A DNA stretch of 64,000 bases from Alloascoidea hylecoeti (Eukaryota), in the NCBI GenBank assembly GCA_001600815.1, contig BCKZ01000023.1:124001-188000 (forward strand), given 5' to 3'. The notes below the pieces were generated by a model. That model was given only the letters and a program-made list of their open reading frames with translations. It was not told the DNA's origin and did no database searches. Position numbers and translations under genes: made by a program. Shown here in pieces: positions 28,190 to 40,369 of this stretch (position 1 is the stretch's first letter; every line of letters begins with the position of its first letter).

Positions 28190-29197
28190 ATGAACAGATT
28201 TTCAGGTGGATTAGCAGGAACTTTACTTGGCGGTGGAATAGCTTCCTATTTTCTTGGTTTCGGCCATTCCAAACCTGAACCGGTTCAAGTTGAGGTCCTC
28301 CCTCCAGTCGCTGCATTCGGTACTGGCGGTGATCCTGACAAGTCCACCAATCATAACTCCAGCGTTCCTGTTGTCCCTGTTAAACCAGGAGACTTCTTCA
28401 AATATGGTAATCCTGGTCCTTATCACGATGTTCAGTTTCATAAAGAATTCATAAGCTGCTATGATCGAAGAATGAGAAATCCTGCTTGGGTAATCGAACA
28501 CTTAACACCTGAATCTATTGCACGTAATGGTCATGTCGATAGGAAATACAGTATTTTTAAAGAAGACGAATCCATACCACTTCAGTTCAGAGCACGGCTA
28601 GTTAATTACTTCAGAAGCGGCTACGATAGAGGTCACCAGGCTCCAGCCGCTGATGCTAAATTTTCTCAAGAAGCGATGAATGAAACTTTTTACCTAACAA
28701 ATATTGCACCACAAGTCGGTGAGGGCTTTAATAGGGATTATTGGGCTCATTTTGAAGACTTCTCAAGGAGACTTGTCAAAAAGTATAATAATGTTAGAAT
28801 TGTTACTGGTCCATTATATTTACCTAAAAAGTACCCTGATGGGAAATTTAGAGTTAGCTATGAAGTTATTGGAAATCCTCCAAATATTGCAGTTCCAACC
28901 CATTTCTTTAAATTAATTGTTGCAGAAAATCCGATTAACGATCCAAATAGACAAGAAGTTGCAGTTGAAGCATTTGTTCTACCAAATGAAAGAATATCAA
29001 ATGCCACAAAATTGACCGAATTTGTCGTCCCCATCGAAGCATTAGAATCCTCATCAGGATTAGAATTGTTAAAAAATGGAGAGAAAAATAAAATGAAATC
29101 ATTATGTAAAGAAGTTGATTGTAGCATTATTGTTAGAGAATTTCAAAAATCTCTTCCTGCTCCAAACCAACCTTTGGCCCTTCCTGCTCCTAAGTAA
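28190..29197 (+). CDS. NUC1: Mitochondrial endonuclease G
   Basis: DRGHQAPAAD active-site motif, ETFYLTNIAPQVGEGFNRDYW, AVPTHFFK. Confidence 0.95.
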   Translation: MNRFSGGLAGTLLGGGIASYFLGFGHSKPEPVQVEVLPPVAAFGTGGDPDKSTNHNSSVPVVPVKPGDFFKYGNPGPYHDVQFHKEFISCYDRRMRNPAWVIEHLTPESIARNGHVDRKYSIFKEDESIPLQFRARLVNYFRSGYDRGHQAPAADAKFSQEAMNETFYLTNIAPQVGEGFNRDYWAHFEDFSRRLVKKYNNVRIVTGPLYLPKKYPDGKFRVSYEVIGNPPNIAVPTHFFKLIVAENPINDPNRQEVAVEAFVLPNERISNATKLTEFVVPIEALESSSGLELLKNGEKNKMKSLCKEVDCSIIVREFQKSLPAPNQPLALPAPK

Positions 29198-30489
29198 TCC
29201 CATAAATAGATATGTATTTCATTGTAATTAGATAAATTAGTTCACAAATTCTAGACTCAAATATTGCAACTATCCTCTAATATTACTATATATTATAAGG
29301 AATCATACATATTAATAAATTATAAAGATATAATACATCAATTTTAACACTATATCGCTACCGCTATTAATATTAATATCCATCATAGCTCCATGATCAA
29401 CAATATAAAACTTTATAGCTTATACCTATATATTATAAATTCGTGATTATAAATATATCTATATTTAAAAAATGAGAATGAGACAGTTATTGTTTCATGG
29501 ATCAATTCTTCCTATAACCAATTGCAATTCTATAGCAATTATATATTCCTTTTGAAGTTTTAAAAAAAAATATATCTATCAGGAACTTATATGCGCGTGA
29601 GTTTTCAGATTTAGCAAAATCTGTAACATTAATTAGGACATTAATCATTAGACTCACAGTCTCTTGAATAGTATGTTCCATCACTTTTGAGCTAAAATAT
29701 ATAATTAAACATATTTATACGCCAACTCTGCTTTATTTATGCAGCTATCTAATTAAGGTAGTTGAATTCAAAAATGTATTTAAAGATATACGAGTATAGC
29801 TAGATATCGCAGACCCTCAATTTATGTCTCTAGATAAGATATATGTAATTATAATTAGTAATTATTAAAACTTTTGAAAATGAGTATGTATGTAAAGTGG
29901 CTTTAATTTACATAGAAGCCTATACCGGTACATGCTACTGTCCAAGAATCAACGCCTACATACCAAAATATATCATCTTGGTAACAAATGTAAGGAATGA
30001 AGCTGTTAATTTTTTATTATTGGGAATAAATTGCTATTTGAAACCCGAAGGTAAGAGTTATTTATAGTATCGAAGATAAATGGTGAATATAAAAACTATG
30101 GTGGATATGAATAAACCAGGAATACCATAGTGCCAGAATCTTAACAACAAACGTTAACTCTTTAAAATGAATTAATGATACAGATTTTAATTTGTTTTGA
30201 TTGAATATCATAGAATGTTTAAAATTCGACGTTTATCTGATTGTATTGATACTAATGATTGATCATGAGTAGCCTAGTATTATTCATATAATACACTTAA
30301 GCTTACTATTTGCAGCTTTATTGTAAGCCCTATGTCTTCGCATTCTTTTTTATAACCTGCATTTGTATTTCAAATAAAGATCAATATTCATTCCTACATA
30401 TGCATGTAGATAGATTCATATAAGTTTATAATTAATTATTGAATGTAATTTTGCTTATCGGTTGCCTTGAAATAATTTACTTATTAAGT

Positions 30490-30620
30490 CGTAGGAACTG
30501 AAGGCCCATATGATATTCTCGATCGGTAGCCCCCTCGATTGATATTTGAGCATTGTAGGGAGTTACTTTTTATTGTTTATTCTGTTTATTGAACCACTTT
30601 AGCCAATGAAGATGTATTTA
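30490..30620 (-). pseudogene. Tc1-like transposase C-terminal relic
   Basis: Minus strand KWFNKQN...PYNAQ...LPIENIIW matches the WF...P..SPDLNPIENxW layout. Confidence 0.45.
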
Positions 30621-31134
30621 TGCCTCTGTTTCTGATACTTTTCTGAGCTGTACGGCAATCTTTTTCTGTCCAGTAGTTTTTAAATAATCAAGTCTAATAG
30701 ATTTTATCAATTCAATAGTTTCTACTATTTTTGGACTTCATGGCCATGCCACGAACCTCTGTTAATACGTCCAATGAGACCAGACAGATATCAGCCGGGA
30801 TGGCAGTAAAGCATTGGGTTAGCTACAGTTCCACAGTAACTGTAATATATATTAAGTGGCAAGTGCACATGAAAGACTCAGCAAGAGATAAATATTTATA
30901 GTTACATATATATAACCTTATACCTATAACTTATAACCATATAAATAACTCAATTGAAAATCCTTAATAATTTATAAGAACCATCATATCCAAACAGTGT
31001 GACAAGCTGCCACACGCTCTAATTTAAACTTAATCAATCTTTTTTTTAACAATCATTACGAGTTTTAAAAATAAAATTTGATAAATATCCCAATGTCCCA
31101 AGCAAATAAAATAGTTTTTTTTAAAATCCCTCCA

Positions 31135-33399
31135 TTATAATACTTCCTCATCTTCATGTTTTGTAAGGGTTTCTAATTGAAATAATGCTGTTTTAGTTCT
31201 GTTTCTAACATCTAAGACAGAATCATTAGAAACATCGACTAATTTTTCCTTGAAGCCACAAGTGATAAGAAAATCTGCACGAACTTTACAAGCATCAATA
31301 GATCGATCGTCATGATTTTCTACCCAGGTGAGATTAGTAACGAACCAACTTATCGCAATTCTAAGTTCAGAGTTTTCAAATTTTAACAATTCGCAAATTT
31401 TTTTTAAAAGATCTTTTTGCTGAATGATAATATCACGATATGTATAAGATGTGGACGCAATATTGACCAAAATGTAAACCGTATTAGCAATTATTGGTGA
31501 GAATACTTTATCTAACTGAACCATTGAAGTTGAATAATCAAGTTTTGATTTTAACATTGCAAAGAAATTATCTATACCAAATTGATCGAAGAGATATTTA
31601 ATATGATTAGAACTTTTCACTGTTATATTTTTGATAAAAGCTAACGCTTGTTCTTGTACACCTAAATCCTTATCATTACATAATTCTATTAACAGCCTGG
31701 AAGGAAGTTGTTCCATAACAAGATCTTTAGTTTTACTGTCGAACCCATAGACAAGATGTTTCAATGCCCAAACAGAGTTAAGCCTTAAAGGAGAATATGA
31801 AGACTTTATACCATCAACAATTAATGAAATTACTCCTTCTTCTACCAATAAAGGTTGCAACGTTCCGAATTCAAGAATAATGTTGCAAAGAGAAGCCATT
31901 GCAGCTGATTTGACATCAAGAGTTTCAGGATTTAGGTTTGACCATGGGTTACTTCCTAGAGTTGCACTGTCTCTCGATTCACTTTGCCTCGAAGAATTTT
32001 CGCTTTCGTTCTCACTTTCACTTCCACTTTCCAGTTGACCCTCTGAATCTTGTTGATTATCTGGAAGTGATAATAATCCAAGAATACCATATACTATGTC
32101 ATTTTTTTCGAGTGTTGTTCGCAAAAGTTGTACACTACGAGATAAAGACCTGAGAACATAGCATGCGCCAATTGTAACTCGTCGTATGGAAGCAACTTCA
32201 GAGCGGCTTAATTTAGATGTTTCGATCACAGGAGCTCTCACAATGATATTTATGACCAGATCAAACACGCCTGAACCAACAACCAGGAGGCAGCGACTAT
32301 CATTATTTAAACAAATAAAGGCTTCCGCTAATAGTCCATTGGCAACAATTTGGGAATTTATTGGGTGTGTATAGTCAAGGCCTTTAATTGTGTCTGCGAT
32401 TTTTTTGATAAGGCCTGCTTCTGCAGCAAGATCAGCTAATCTAGGATTATCTTTGCAAAGCACTGCCAATGCTTTATAGACTCTGTGATCCACTGATTCG
32501 GCCGTTGTAAATGAGTTTACCATTGTAACAAGTTCCGGTAATATTGGTTGCACCATTTGTTCCTTTCGAGAAATTATAGTAAGAAAACTAGAAAGTTTAG
32601 ATAGAAGTACTACGGCAGCAAGACGAATTTCAGGTGTGGTAGCACGTAGAAGACCGTAGAGACCTTTCATAAAAAGGCCTGGCCTAATAGAACCATTCGA
32701 ATGTGGTGCTTTAATATCAGCTGATGAGCTCCCCGATGTTTGATTTCGTGTAGGATTAAATGGCGATAATAAAAAAAGAGCTTGATCTTCTGTGATTAAT
32801 TGAGAGAACGCAAATAATAAAGATACGAGAGGTATCATATTAGGTCTATATTGCAATAGCATCATTCCAATTCTTTCCATTAAAGGTTCCCCCAGGGAAT
32901 CCATTTTATTAATGAACTGTTTGCTCGATGCTAACAATTGGCTTGCATGATATAAGAGGTTTGGAGAAGTATTAGGGGAAGACAGAATGGATTTTAGAGT
33001 ACTTATCAGAGAGGTACCTTTCACATCAACTGTAATATCAGGGTCTGAATTTAATATTGAGCATAGTGATCGAAATGAAGTTGTCAATAATTCTTCATTT
33101 TCTTTTAAGTTGATTACTGAGAGAATGGCATATATTGTACGATGCTCCATCATCAGGCTAATCGCTTTACTATCGCCGTAAGCCAAACTACCCAGAATTA
33201 TACTAATTTGAAGTTTAACATTGCTCTCTGAAGTATGTTTTAGCAAATCGAGGAGAATAGGAAATGATTTGTTGTGCAATAACTTTTTTTTTTCTTCTTC
33301 ATGGCCGATGACAGCGTGTTTCAGCCTAACTAAGGATAATACTTGGTCTTCTGGAGACTCGTTAATGATCGCTTCTAAACTCTGATTTGTGACCACCAT
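31135..33399 (-). CDS. VID28: Armadillo-repeat GID/CTLH subunit (Vid28/ARMC8)
   Basis: LVRLKHAVIGH, GACYVLRSLSRSVQLLRT, LRLNSVWALKHL, VQEQALAFIKNI, ARM repeats. Confidence 0.85.
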   Translation of the reverse strand: MVVTNQSLEAIINESPEDQVLSLVRLKHAVIGHEEEKKKLLHNKSFPILLDLLKHTSESNVKLQISIILGSLAYGDSKAISLMMEHRTIYAILSVINLKENEELLTTSFRSLCSILNSDPDITVDVKGTSLISTLKSILSSPNTSPNLLYHASQLLASSKQFINKMDSLGEPLMERIGMMLLQYRPNMIPLVSLLFAFSQLITEDQALFLLSPFNPTRNQTSGSSSADIKAPHSNGSIRPGLFMKGLYGLLRATTPEIRLAAVVLLSKLSSFLTIISRKEQMVQPILPELVTMVNSFTTAESVDHRVYKALAVLCKDNPRLADLAAEAGLIKKIADTIKGLDYTHPINSQIVANGLLAEAFICLNNDSRCLLVVGSGVFDLVINIIVRAPVIETSKLSRSEVASIRRVTIGACYVLRSLSRSVQLLRTTLEKNDIVYGILGLLSLPDNQQDSEGQLESGSESENESENSSRQSESRDSATLGSNPWSNLNPETLDVKSAAMASLCNIILEFGTLQPLLVEEGVISLIVDGIKSSYSPLRLNSVWALKHLVYGFDSKTKDLVMEQLPSRLLIELCNDKDLGVQEQALAFIKNITVKSSNHIKYLFDQFGIDNFFAMLKSKLDYSTSMVQLDKVFSPIIANTVYILVNIASTSYTYRDIIIQQKDLLKKICELLKFENSELRIAISWFVTNLTWVENHDDRSIDACKVRADFLITCGFKEKLVDVSNDSVLDVRNRTKTALFQLETLTKHEDEEVL

Positions 33400-33413
33400 C
33401 GCTCAACTTTGTT

Positions 33414-33423
33414 TCCACGTGGA
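33414..33423. promoter_or_regulatory. CACGTG E-box (Cbf1-type) in the VID28/MET10 divergent promoter
   Basis: Palindrome tccacgtgga ~275 bp upstream of the MET10 ATG; Cbf1 sites are typical of yeast MET promoters. Confidence 0.45.
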
Positions 33424-33696
33424 GTTACGGGGGTTTAATTGTAAGGAGATGGTTTTTGGTTACAATTCATGTGACATGACACAATAATAAGAAAATACAA
33501 GCCCGAAGTAAAAGCCCGGACAGCTTTTATTAACAATAGGGAGTATCGGGTTTCCAGGTGTGGGGTGACCCGCAGCCACAAAATGAGCCACACCGGGCTG
33601 AAAAATAAGGCTAGTGCTATAAATGTGACAAATTTCCCATCAAACTTTTCATTAGAAATATCATTTCTAGATCTGACATTACTGACTATTATAAAT

Positions 33697-36600
33697 ATGG
33701 TGCCGTCAATTGATACCAGATCAAGATCCACCTCTCCAGAAGGGAAATCTGCTTCTGCTTCTTCTCTTCCGTTTCCATTTGGTGAACAGACAGATATACA
33801 CACTCTCTTGGGGAATACTATCACCACAGGCCAAACTTTAGTTGAACAATCTTTGTACTCTGTGGCTAAGCACATTTTTGCCTATGACGCCGAGACCTTT
33901 CAGTTTGGCAAAGAGATCTCAAATTGGGCAAAACGGTCAACCAAAAACCCTCAAGGTTTAGTACCCGCATTCACCTCTTTGGAAACTCGGGCCGGTGCTG
34001 GTTCAGGTCTACTTGGTTATATTGAGTCCCAAGCAACTACTGCTCACACTCCAGTTTTGGGATCATCTACTCTGTTAGAATATTTTAAGCCAACACTTGC
34101 TCAATACGCTGCTTCAAATGAAGATTTACCTCCACTGCATTTTGCATTGGCTGCCATTGGTTATAACCAGACAACCCAGTCGCTTATTACCGACTATGCA
34201 ACACCAATAAATGTGGCTAGAGATCTTGGGTTGAGTTTGATAGCATCTACTTCATTCAATGATGTTCAGCATATCACTGTTTTTGCTTCTGTTTTGTCTC
34301 TGATTACTCCCGTTGTCCAAGTCTATGATGGTATTCATTATCTCAGGGAGAGCGTTAATGTTGAAAATGTCCTTCACACAGGAACTATCTCCGATGCCTA
34401 CCAAAAACTTATCGGACATGTCGATGATCTCAGGGCAATTGACAATCCACAACAACGTGTTGCTTCACTTCTCAACCTTGTTAACAATTGTTTCGGGTCC
34501 TCATATCACCCATTTGAATACTTTGGTAGTAAGGAAGCTGAAACCGTAATAGTTTCTTTTGGATCATCCGAATCTACAATTACTTCAAAAGTTGTATCAG
34601 CTTTAGGTGCCAAAGGTATTAAGGTTGGGTCCGTATCTGTTAGAATTTACTTCCCTTTCTTAGAGGCTGAATTTGTATCATTACTCCCACCGACTGTCAA
34701 AAACATTATTGTTTTAGGTCAAGTTGGATCTGAGACAGATGTCACCGATGTTGCGGTTCATTCTGCCTTGTTCACAGATGTTACTGCCTCTTTGCTTTTA
34801 ACTCAAGGTTTCGACTTCAGAGCAATTCCTGATATTATCGATCACAAATATTCTACCAATGGTTCATTTATTGAATCCGATATTCTTGAGGTTCTTAATC
34901 AAGCCGATGCAAATATTAGCATTGAAGAATCTAAAGGTAACTTCATATTCTGGAATGTTGATGACGCAAACACACTCAATGTCCCAAATAGATTAGCACA
35001 TGCTTTATCTTTAGAAAATGAGAATAGAAACATTGATTATATTACTACATTTGATAATGTTGCATTGGCTGGTGTTGTTCAAACAGAGCTTCGAATTTCA
35101 GATAACTATATTCCTGCTCCTTCTTCCCATATCGAGAATGCAGAAGTTGTCGTTGTTTCTTCACCTAAGATTTTGGAAGTATTTGATGTTTTGGAAAATG
35201 CTAAAGTTGGGGGCACTGTTCTATTGTCAACTTCATATACTACTGAAGAACTTGAACAAAAGATTCCTTTCACTTTTAAGAAAACTGCTTTTGATAAAGA
35301 TATCAAATTATTCCTTTTAAATCATGAAGCTATTGGAGAACATCCAGAAACGGCTGGAAAAACTGAAAGTATGGTAGAACAAATTGCATTTTGGAACATA
35401 ATTAAACCCGAGTTAGGAGAGAAAATTGCACACAAAATTTGGTTGAGTAATGGTGACGATATTGAACTTGTTGCTGCTATTTTAGTAAAGTTGGGTGAAA
35501 AAGTCGTAGGTGACGCTTTAAAACAATTCCCTATTCCCGAAACTTGGTCTAAGATAGAGGATACAAATGCTGATGCTAAAAATAATGAGGATTCAACCAC
35601 TGTTGATGATGAAAAAAAGGAGGAGGCAGTTGAAGAAGCTATCACTTGTCCTTCTATAGCTACCCCAACAAGTTTCAGTGTATCTGACAAGAGTCTTTAT
35701 AATGCTCCAGTACCTGAGGTCAATTCTTGGATAGATATTGCTAAGAAGCTCGCTTTCCAAGAAGCTTATAATCTTGAAAAACCGTTGAGACCAGATTTGC
35801 CAGTTAAGAATTTTATTGTTAAGGTAAAGGAAAATAGACGTGTTACTCCGGACTATTATGATCGTAACATTTTTCACATTGAATTCGATACCACTGGAAC
35901 TGGTCTTAAGTATGAAATTGGTGAAGCTCTTGGAATCCATGGAAAAAATAATGGAAAAAATGTCCAGGAGTTCTTGGACCTTTATGGTTTAGATCCATCC
36001 AAAGTTGTTACTGTACCTTCAAGAGATGATCCAGAGATATTGGAGTCAAGAACGGTATTCCAATCATTTTCCGAAAATCTTGATCTTTTCGGTAAACCTC
36101 CAAAACGTTTCTACGAATCTCTATCTAAATTTGCTACAAATGAAGTTGAAAGAAAACAACTTGAGAAATTGGTATCTCCTGAGGGTGTGGATGAATTAAA
36201 AAAGCTTCAAGAAGTAGAATTTGCAACTTATGCAGATGTTTTTGAACAATTTAAGTCTGCAAGACCTCCAGTTGAAGAACTTATATCGTTGATTGCACCT
36301 TTGAAGAGAAGGGAATACTCAATCGCTTCCTCTCAAAGAGTTCATCCAAATGCAGTTCACTTACTTATTGTAGTTGTTGATTGGATTGACAAAAAGGGTA
36401 GAAAGAGATTTGGTCATTGTTCAAAATATATCTCGGATTTAAATATTGGCGAAGAACTTGTTGTTTCTGTTAAGCCATCTGTTATGAAACTACCCAAGTT
36501 AACTACAGCTCCTATTGTAATGAGTGGTTTAGGTACCGGTCTTGCTCCATTCAAAGCATTCGTGGAAGAAAAACTTTGGCAGAAACAGAATGGACATGAG

Positions 36601-36969
36601 ATTGGAGATATTTATCTATACTTAGGATCTCGTCATAAGAAAGAGGAATATCTTTATGGTGAACTTTGGGAAGCCTATAAAGATGCGGGAATTATCACTC
36701 ATATTGGTGCAGCATTCTCCAGAGACCAACCTCAGAAGATTTATATTCAAGATAAAATTAGAGAGAGTATGGACAGCTTAGTTGGTGCCATGATTGAAAA
36801 GAAGGGTTCATTTTACCTCTGCGGTCCAACATGGCCGGTTCCGGATATCACTGCAGTCCTTTCGGATATCATTGTGAAGGAAGCCAAAGAACGAGGTGTT
36901 AAGGTCGATACTTCTAAAGAAATTGAGGCTTTGAAGGAAGCGGAAAGATATATTTTAGAAGTTTATTAA
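33697..36969 (+). CDS. MET10: Sulfite reductase (NADPH) flavoprotein alpha subunit
   Basis: PFOR-like N-terminus (LETRAGAG), FAD-binding RREYSIASS, NAD-binding GLGTGLAPF, C-terminal ERYILEVY. Start placed at ATG 33697 (MVPSID). Confidence 0.95.
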   Translation: MVPSIDTRSRSTSPEGKSASASSLPFPFGEQTDIHTLLGNTITTGQTLVEQSLYSVAKHIFAYDAETFQFGKEISNWAKRSTKNPQGLVPAFTSLETRAGAGSGLLGYIESQATTAHTPVLGSSTLLEYFKPTLAQYAASNEDLPPLHFALAAIGYNQTTQSLITDYATPINVARDLGLSLIASTSFNDVQHITVFASVLSLITPVVQVYDGIHYLRESVNVENVLHTGTISDAYQKLIGHVDDLRAIDNPQQRVASLLNLVNNCFGSSYHPFEYFGSKEAETVIVSFGSSESTITSKVVSALGAKGIKVGSVSVRIYFPFLEAEFVSLLPPTVKNIIVLGQVGSETDVTDVAVHSALFTDVTASLLLTQGFDFRAIPDIIDHKYSTNGSFIESDILEVLNQADANISIEESKGNFIFWNVDDANTLNVPNRLAHALSLENENRNIDYITTFDNVALAGVVQTELRISDNYIPAPSSHIENAEVVVVSSPKILEVFDVLENAKVGGTVLLSTSYTTEELEQKIPFTFKKTAFDKDIKLFLLNHEAIGEHPETAGKTESMVEQIAFWNIIKPELGEKIAHKIWLSNGDDIELVAAILVKLGEKVVGDALKQFPIPETWSKIEDTNADAKNNEDSTTVDDEKKEEAVEEAITCPSIATPTSFSVSDKSLYNAPVPEVNSWIDIAKKLAFQEAYNLEKPLRPDLPVKNFIVKVKENRRVTPDYYDRNIFHIEFDTTGTGLKYEIGEALGIHGKNNGKNVQEFLDLYGLDPSKVVTVPSRDDPEILESRTVFQSFSENLDLFGKPPKRFYESLSKFATNEVERKQLEKLVSPEGVDELKKLQEVEFATYADVFEQFKSARPPVEELISLIAPLKRREYSIASSQRVHPNAVHLLIVVVDWIDKKGRKRFGHCSKYISDLNIGEELVVSVKPSVMKLPKLTTAPIVMSGLGTGLAPFKAFVEEKLWQKQNGHEIGDIYLYLGSRHKKEEYLYGELWEAYKDAGIITHIGAAFSRDQPQKIYIQDKIRESMDSLVGAMIEKKGSFYLCGPTWPVPDITAVLSDIIVKEAKERGVKVDTSKEIEALKEAERYILEVY

Positions 36970-37269
36970 ACGAAGTTAATATTAATATATTGTGTTGGTA
37001 TGTTTAAGAAGCTTGGTGAATTAGTTAGTTCTATAGTTATCATTGTAACCTTTGACATAAATCACAATCAATATACTATTTACATTGTCAGAGTTAGAAT
37101 GTAAAATATATTTATGAATTCTAATGAATTCAGAGTTCAACAACTACAATGTCTAATTAAAATGGACAAACACATTAAGTGGGAATTGCAATAGATTAAG
37201 GATATAAGGATACATAGTAAAAATTATTCACTAATTATTTTTGATATTTGAAAATGATATTACTTAAAA

Positions 37270-38110
37270 TTAATCTTTTGTCTTTTGTGTACCTCTAAGC
37301 AGACCTGTTCTTCTAGCTGCTATAAGACCAGCCTTTTGACCTGGAACAGCACCTCTGCTTATAGTTGAAGCCTTACCAATATGTTGATGATTACCACCAC
37401 CATGGGGATGGTCGACTGGATTCATAGCAACACCACGAGTCTTTGGCCATGAATTTCTCTTAACTCTGTATTTATGGAAAGCACGACCAGCTTTCAACAA
37501 TGGTTTGTCAATACGACCACCACCGGCTACAACACCAATAACACCTCTAGCACTTGAAGAAACAATCTTCTTGGCACCTGATGGGAGCTTAACTCTAGTT
37601 TTACCTTCATCTAAATTGTGACCAATGACGGTAACATAGTTACCAGATGTTCTACCTAAAGCACCACGATCACCAGCTCTTTCTTCGACATTGGTAAGAA
37701 TGGTACCTTCTGGAACAGCTCCAAGGGGTAACACGTTACCAATGTTTAAAGAAGCTTTTTTACCGGCATAGATGAATTGGCCTGTGTAGACTCCTTCGTT
37801 GGCAATAAAGGTCTCTTCTCTGAGTTTGTACTTGTAAGGATCACGGAAAACAACTTTGGCTAATGGAGCACCTCTACCTGGGTCGTGAACAATTTGTTTG
37901 ACAACACCACGGATGTAACCGTGACGTTCAGCATAGTCGAGACTTCTAAGTTGGGCAGCACCTTTTCTAAGTCTGGTGTGTGAAGTGAAAATTGAGCCAG
38001 CACCCTTTCTTTGATTTCTGATAACACGACCTATGAACCGAAAAAAACGTTAATTACCCTTGAAGATTCTCATGTATTCATATTTTTTGTTTTGTTTGTT
38101 ACATACCCAT
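37270..38110 (-). CDS. RPL2: 60S ribosomal protein uL2, exons 38110-38107 and 38030-37270
   Basis: ATGG|gtatgt...tag|GTCGT splices to [14 protein letters not shown]-terminal [15 protein letters not shown]. Confidence 0.97.
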
Positions 38111-38233
38111 TTTTGATGTGTTTCTTGTTTGATGTTTAATTTCGTAGATTTAATTGTAATGATGTTTGAGTCCTTGAAACTTGCACTTCCTATTCCGGTA
38201 AACGCAGTCATAGTATAAATCTTGTAAGATTGT

Positions 38234-38253
38234 GCCCTAATTTATATCACGTG
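38234..38253. promoter_or_regulatory. Tbf1 (TTAGGGC, minus strand) plus Cbf1 (TCACGTG) site pair upstream of RPL2
   Basis: gccctaa at 38234-38240 and tcacgtg at 38247-38253, ~125-140 bp upstream of the ATG. Confidence 0.6.
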
Positions 38254-38917
38254 CTATATTATTAGACTATCCGTCAAATATCATATATACAATGGCAATA
38301 TCTAAAGTTACAAGCTGAAAGTCTATATGGGTTAAAGCTTTAGTTTATAACTAACGATCGCTATAAAAATATTTGTTGAAACTTATAAATTTGAATATTG
38401 CAATTGTTTTACGAATAAAAACTTTTATTTACTCTTAGCGCTTTCAAACTAATTATAAAACTCCCAATTCCATTTTAAATATAGATCATGATGCGCAGAA
38501 GCTGGAATCAATTTATCAATCTATCATATTAATAATAGTATTAATATCATTTAATATATCAACTATATATATAAGCTATTATAAGCATATTTTTTTTGTT
38601 AAATATGATAAATCCTCTTTGCAATTTCCTGTAAGGCTTCGTGATGATAAGTATAATAGCTTTTATTTAATTTCCCGTGAATGGATCATATGTGACGTAT
38701 TGAAAATCCCAGAAAAATGACTTGAAAACTAATTACAACTTTAAGATCATGACAAAAAAGTAAATAGCTAAAGATCTACAATACCATGAATCCATGATCA
38801 TATGTATATTTACAAAAATAGAGGATGACAAGGAACAATGAATAAATCTTATAAAAAATTAAAATATATAGTGGATAATAGTATACAAAAATGTTAATAT
38901 ACAAAAATAATTAATAA

Positions 38918-39652
38918 TTAAATTTGGAATGTAGCACCATTTTTCTCTTCCTTTGATTTGGCGTGATGAAGTTTTGATAAAATTTCTGACAATCTCAAAG
39001 AATGCTTTTTTTCGTGTGAAAATGCTCCTTCTTTTGGACTTAACGCTCCAGAAATATGAGTTTTAGATCCTTTTCTTGATAAAGCAGGAGATACTGTTCG
39101 CGATACAGTTTCATGCCGTATAAGTTCTTGGATCGAAAATTGAGAAGAATTTCTTGAAATGGTAGGAGAACCAGGAGGTGATACAATTACAGGCTTGTTT
39201 GTTTTTCGATTTGGATAGTTTGTTGGAGAGGGAAATGGATGAGAGTCATCATATTGTGGGTGAAATACACCCCGAGGTTGGGCACCAGCCATGGGTGGTT
39301 TCATTTTTGGATTGGCAGACAATTTTTCCGGGATAATCTCACTAACCTTAATAGCTGTGATCTGCTTCAGATCAGATAAATCGTGCAAAAACGATTGGCT
39401 TTCTTCATCATGTAGAGCAAATGCATCCGCTTTAAGAATGTTAATTCCAGATAAGATTTCAATTAAATCTATGGAGGTATCCAATAGATTGTCAAGATCC
39501 AACCAGGCTCTTTCAGCCTCGCGTTGTTTAGTGTTGGCATTTCTTACAAGCAATAAGCAAGCTTGTGAAGAGTGAACTGCAGATTCATGGAGTCTCTTGA
39601 GGACACTTTTCAAATTGTTTTGCGTAGTAACTGAATCTGAAATAGAAGTCAT
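38918..39652 (-). CDS. Hypothetical protein, 244 aa (helical N-terminal half, S/P-rich C-terminal half)
   Basis: Long uninterrupted ORF; ATG at 39652 in A-rich context, TATA-like tataaaa upstream (~39725). No family recognised. Confidence 0.65.
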   Translation of the reverse strand: MTSISDSVTTQNNLKSVLKRLHESAVHSSQACLLLVRNANTKQREAERAWLDLDNLLDTSIDLIEILSGINILKADAFALHDEESQSFLHDLSDLKQITAIKVSEIIPEKLSANPKMKPPMAGAQPRGVFHPQYDDSHPFPSPTNYPNRKTNKPVIVSPPGSPTISRNSSQFSIQELIRHETVSRTVSPALSRKGSKTHISGALSPKEGAFSHEKKHSLRLSEILSKLHHAKSKEEKNGATFQI

Positions 39653-40369
39653 TGTATTGATTGTATTGATTAGATCGAATGTAATATGATGGGATATAAA
39701 AACTGAGGGTTTTGAATAGCTTTTTATACCAAAAGCGGCCGAAGAATAAAGTTGATGCTCTGGCCCGAGGCATATTATTAATGTTTGTGCAGGGTAAGCA
39801 TGCACCGTGGGATCCGATCCGATGACCTTCCGCATCTTTATTGACTGTCACTGGATCAAGCTTGGGTAGTTTTTATGATAACCCTAATTTTACCCAGACG
39901 CATGTCACACTCTCGAAGTGGAATTGATACCGAACTATCCACCCGATCCGTTCTAAATGATAGAAATATTTACATAATCACACCTTCATCGTAACGTAAC
40001 ATTCATACCATACCTAACATACAATTATCATTATAACAAGACAATACAATTGGACTGATTAGACTTATTTGGCTGATTTGAAAATTAAATAAACGAACCA
40101 AATCGAAATATAAATGATAAATGGATATTTTTGGATCAGAGAACTCAAACGTGAAACGACCATACTAAAACACTTCAAATAGTCTAGGATGGTGCACATT
40201 AGAATGGTCATATGCATACGGCTTTGACCAAATAATCTGTGAGCTCATGTATATTCTCCACTCCTCAATCCCTGAAGTTCCTGAACATTGAGAAAACATA
40301 TTAAAACGAAAATTAATAGCTTTTTCATCAAGGAACAGAGATGCTAGAATCGTCAATTTCTTGAACAAA

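Noticed and set aside
33565..33696. ORF-track N-terminal extension of MET10
   Set aside because: GTG start within the divergent promoter; ATG 33697 is in a better A-rich context.
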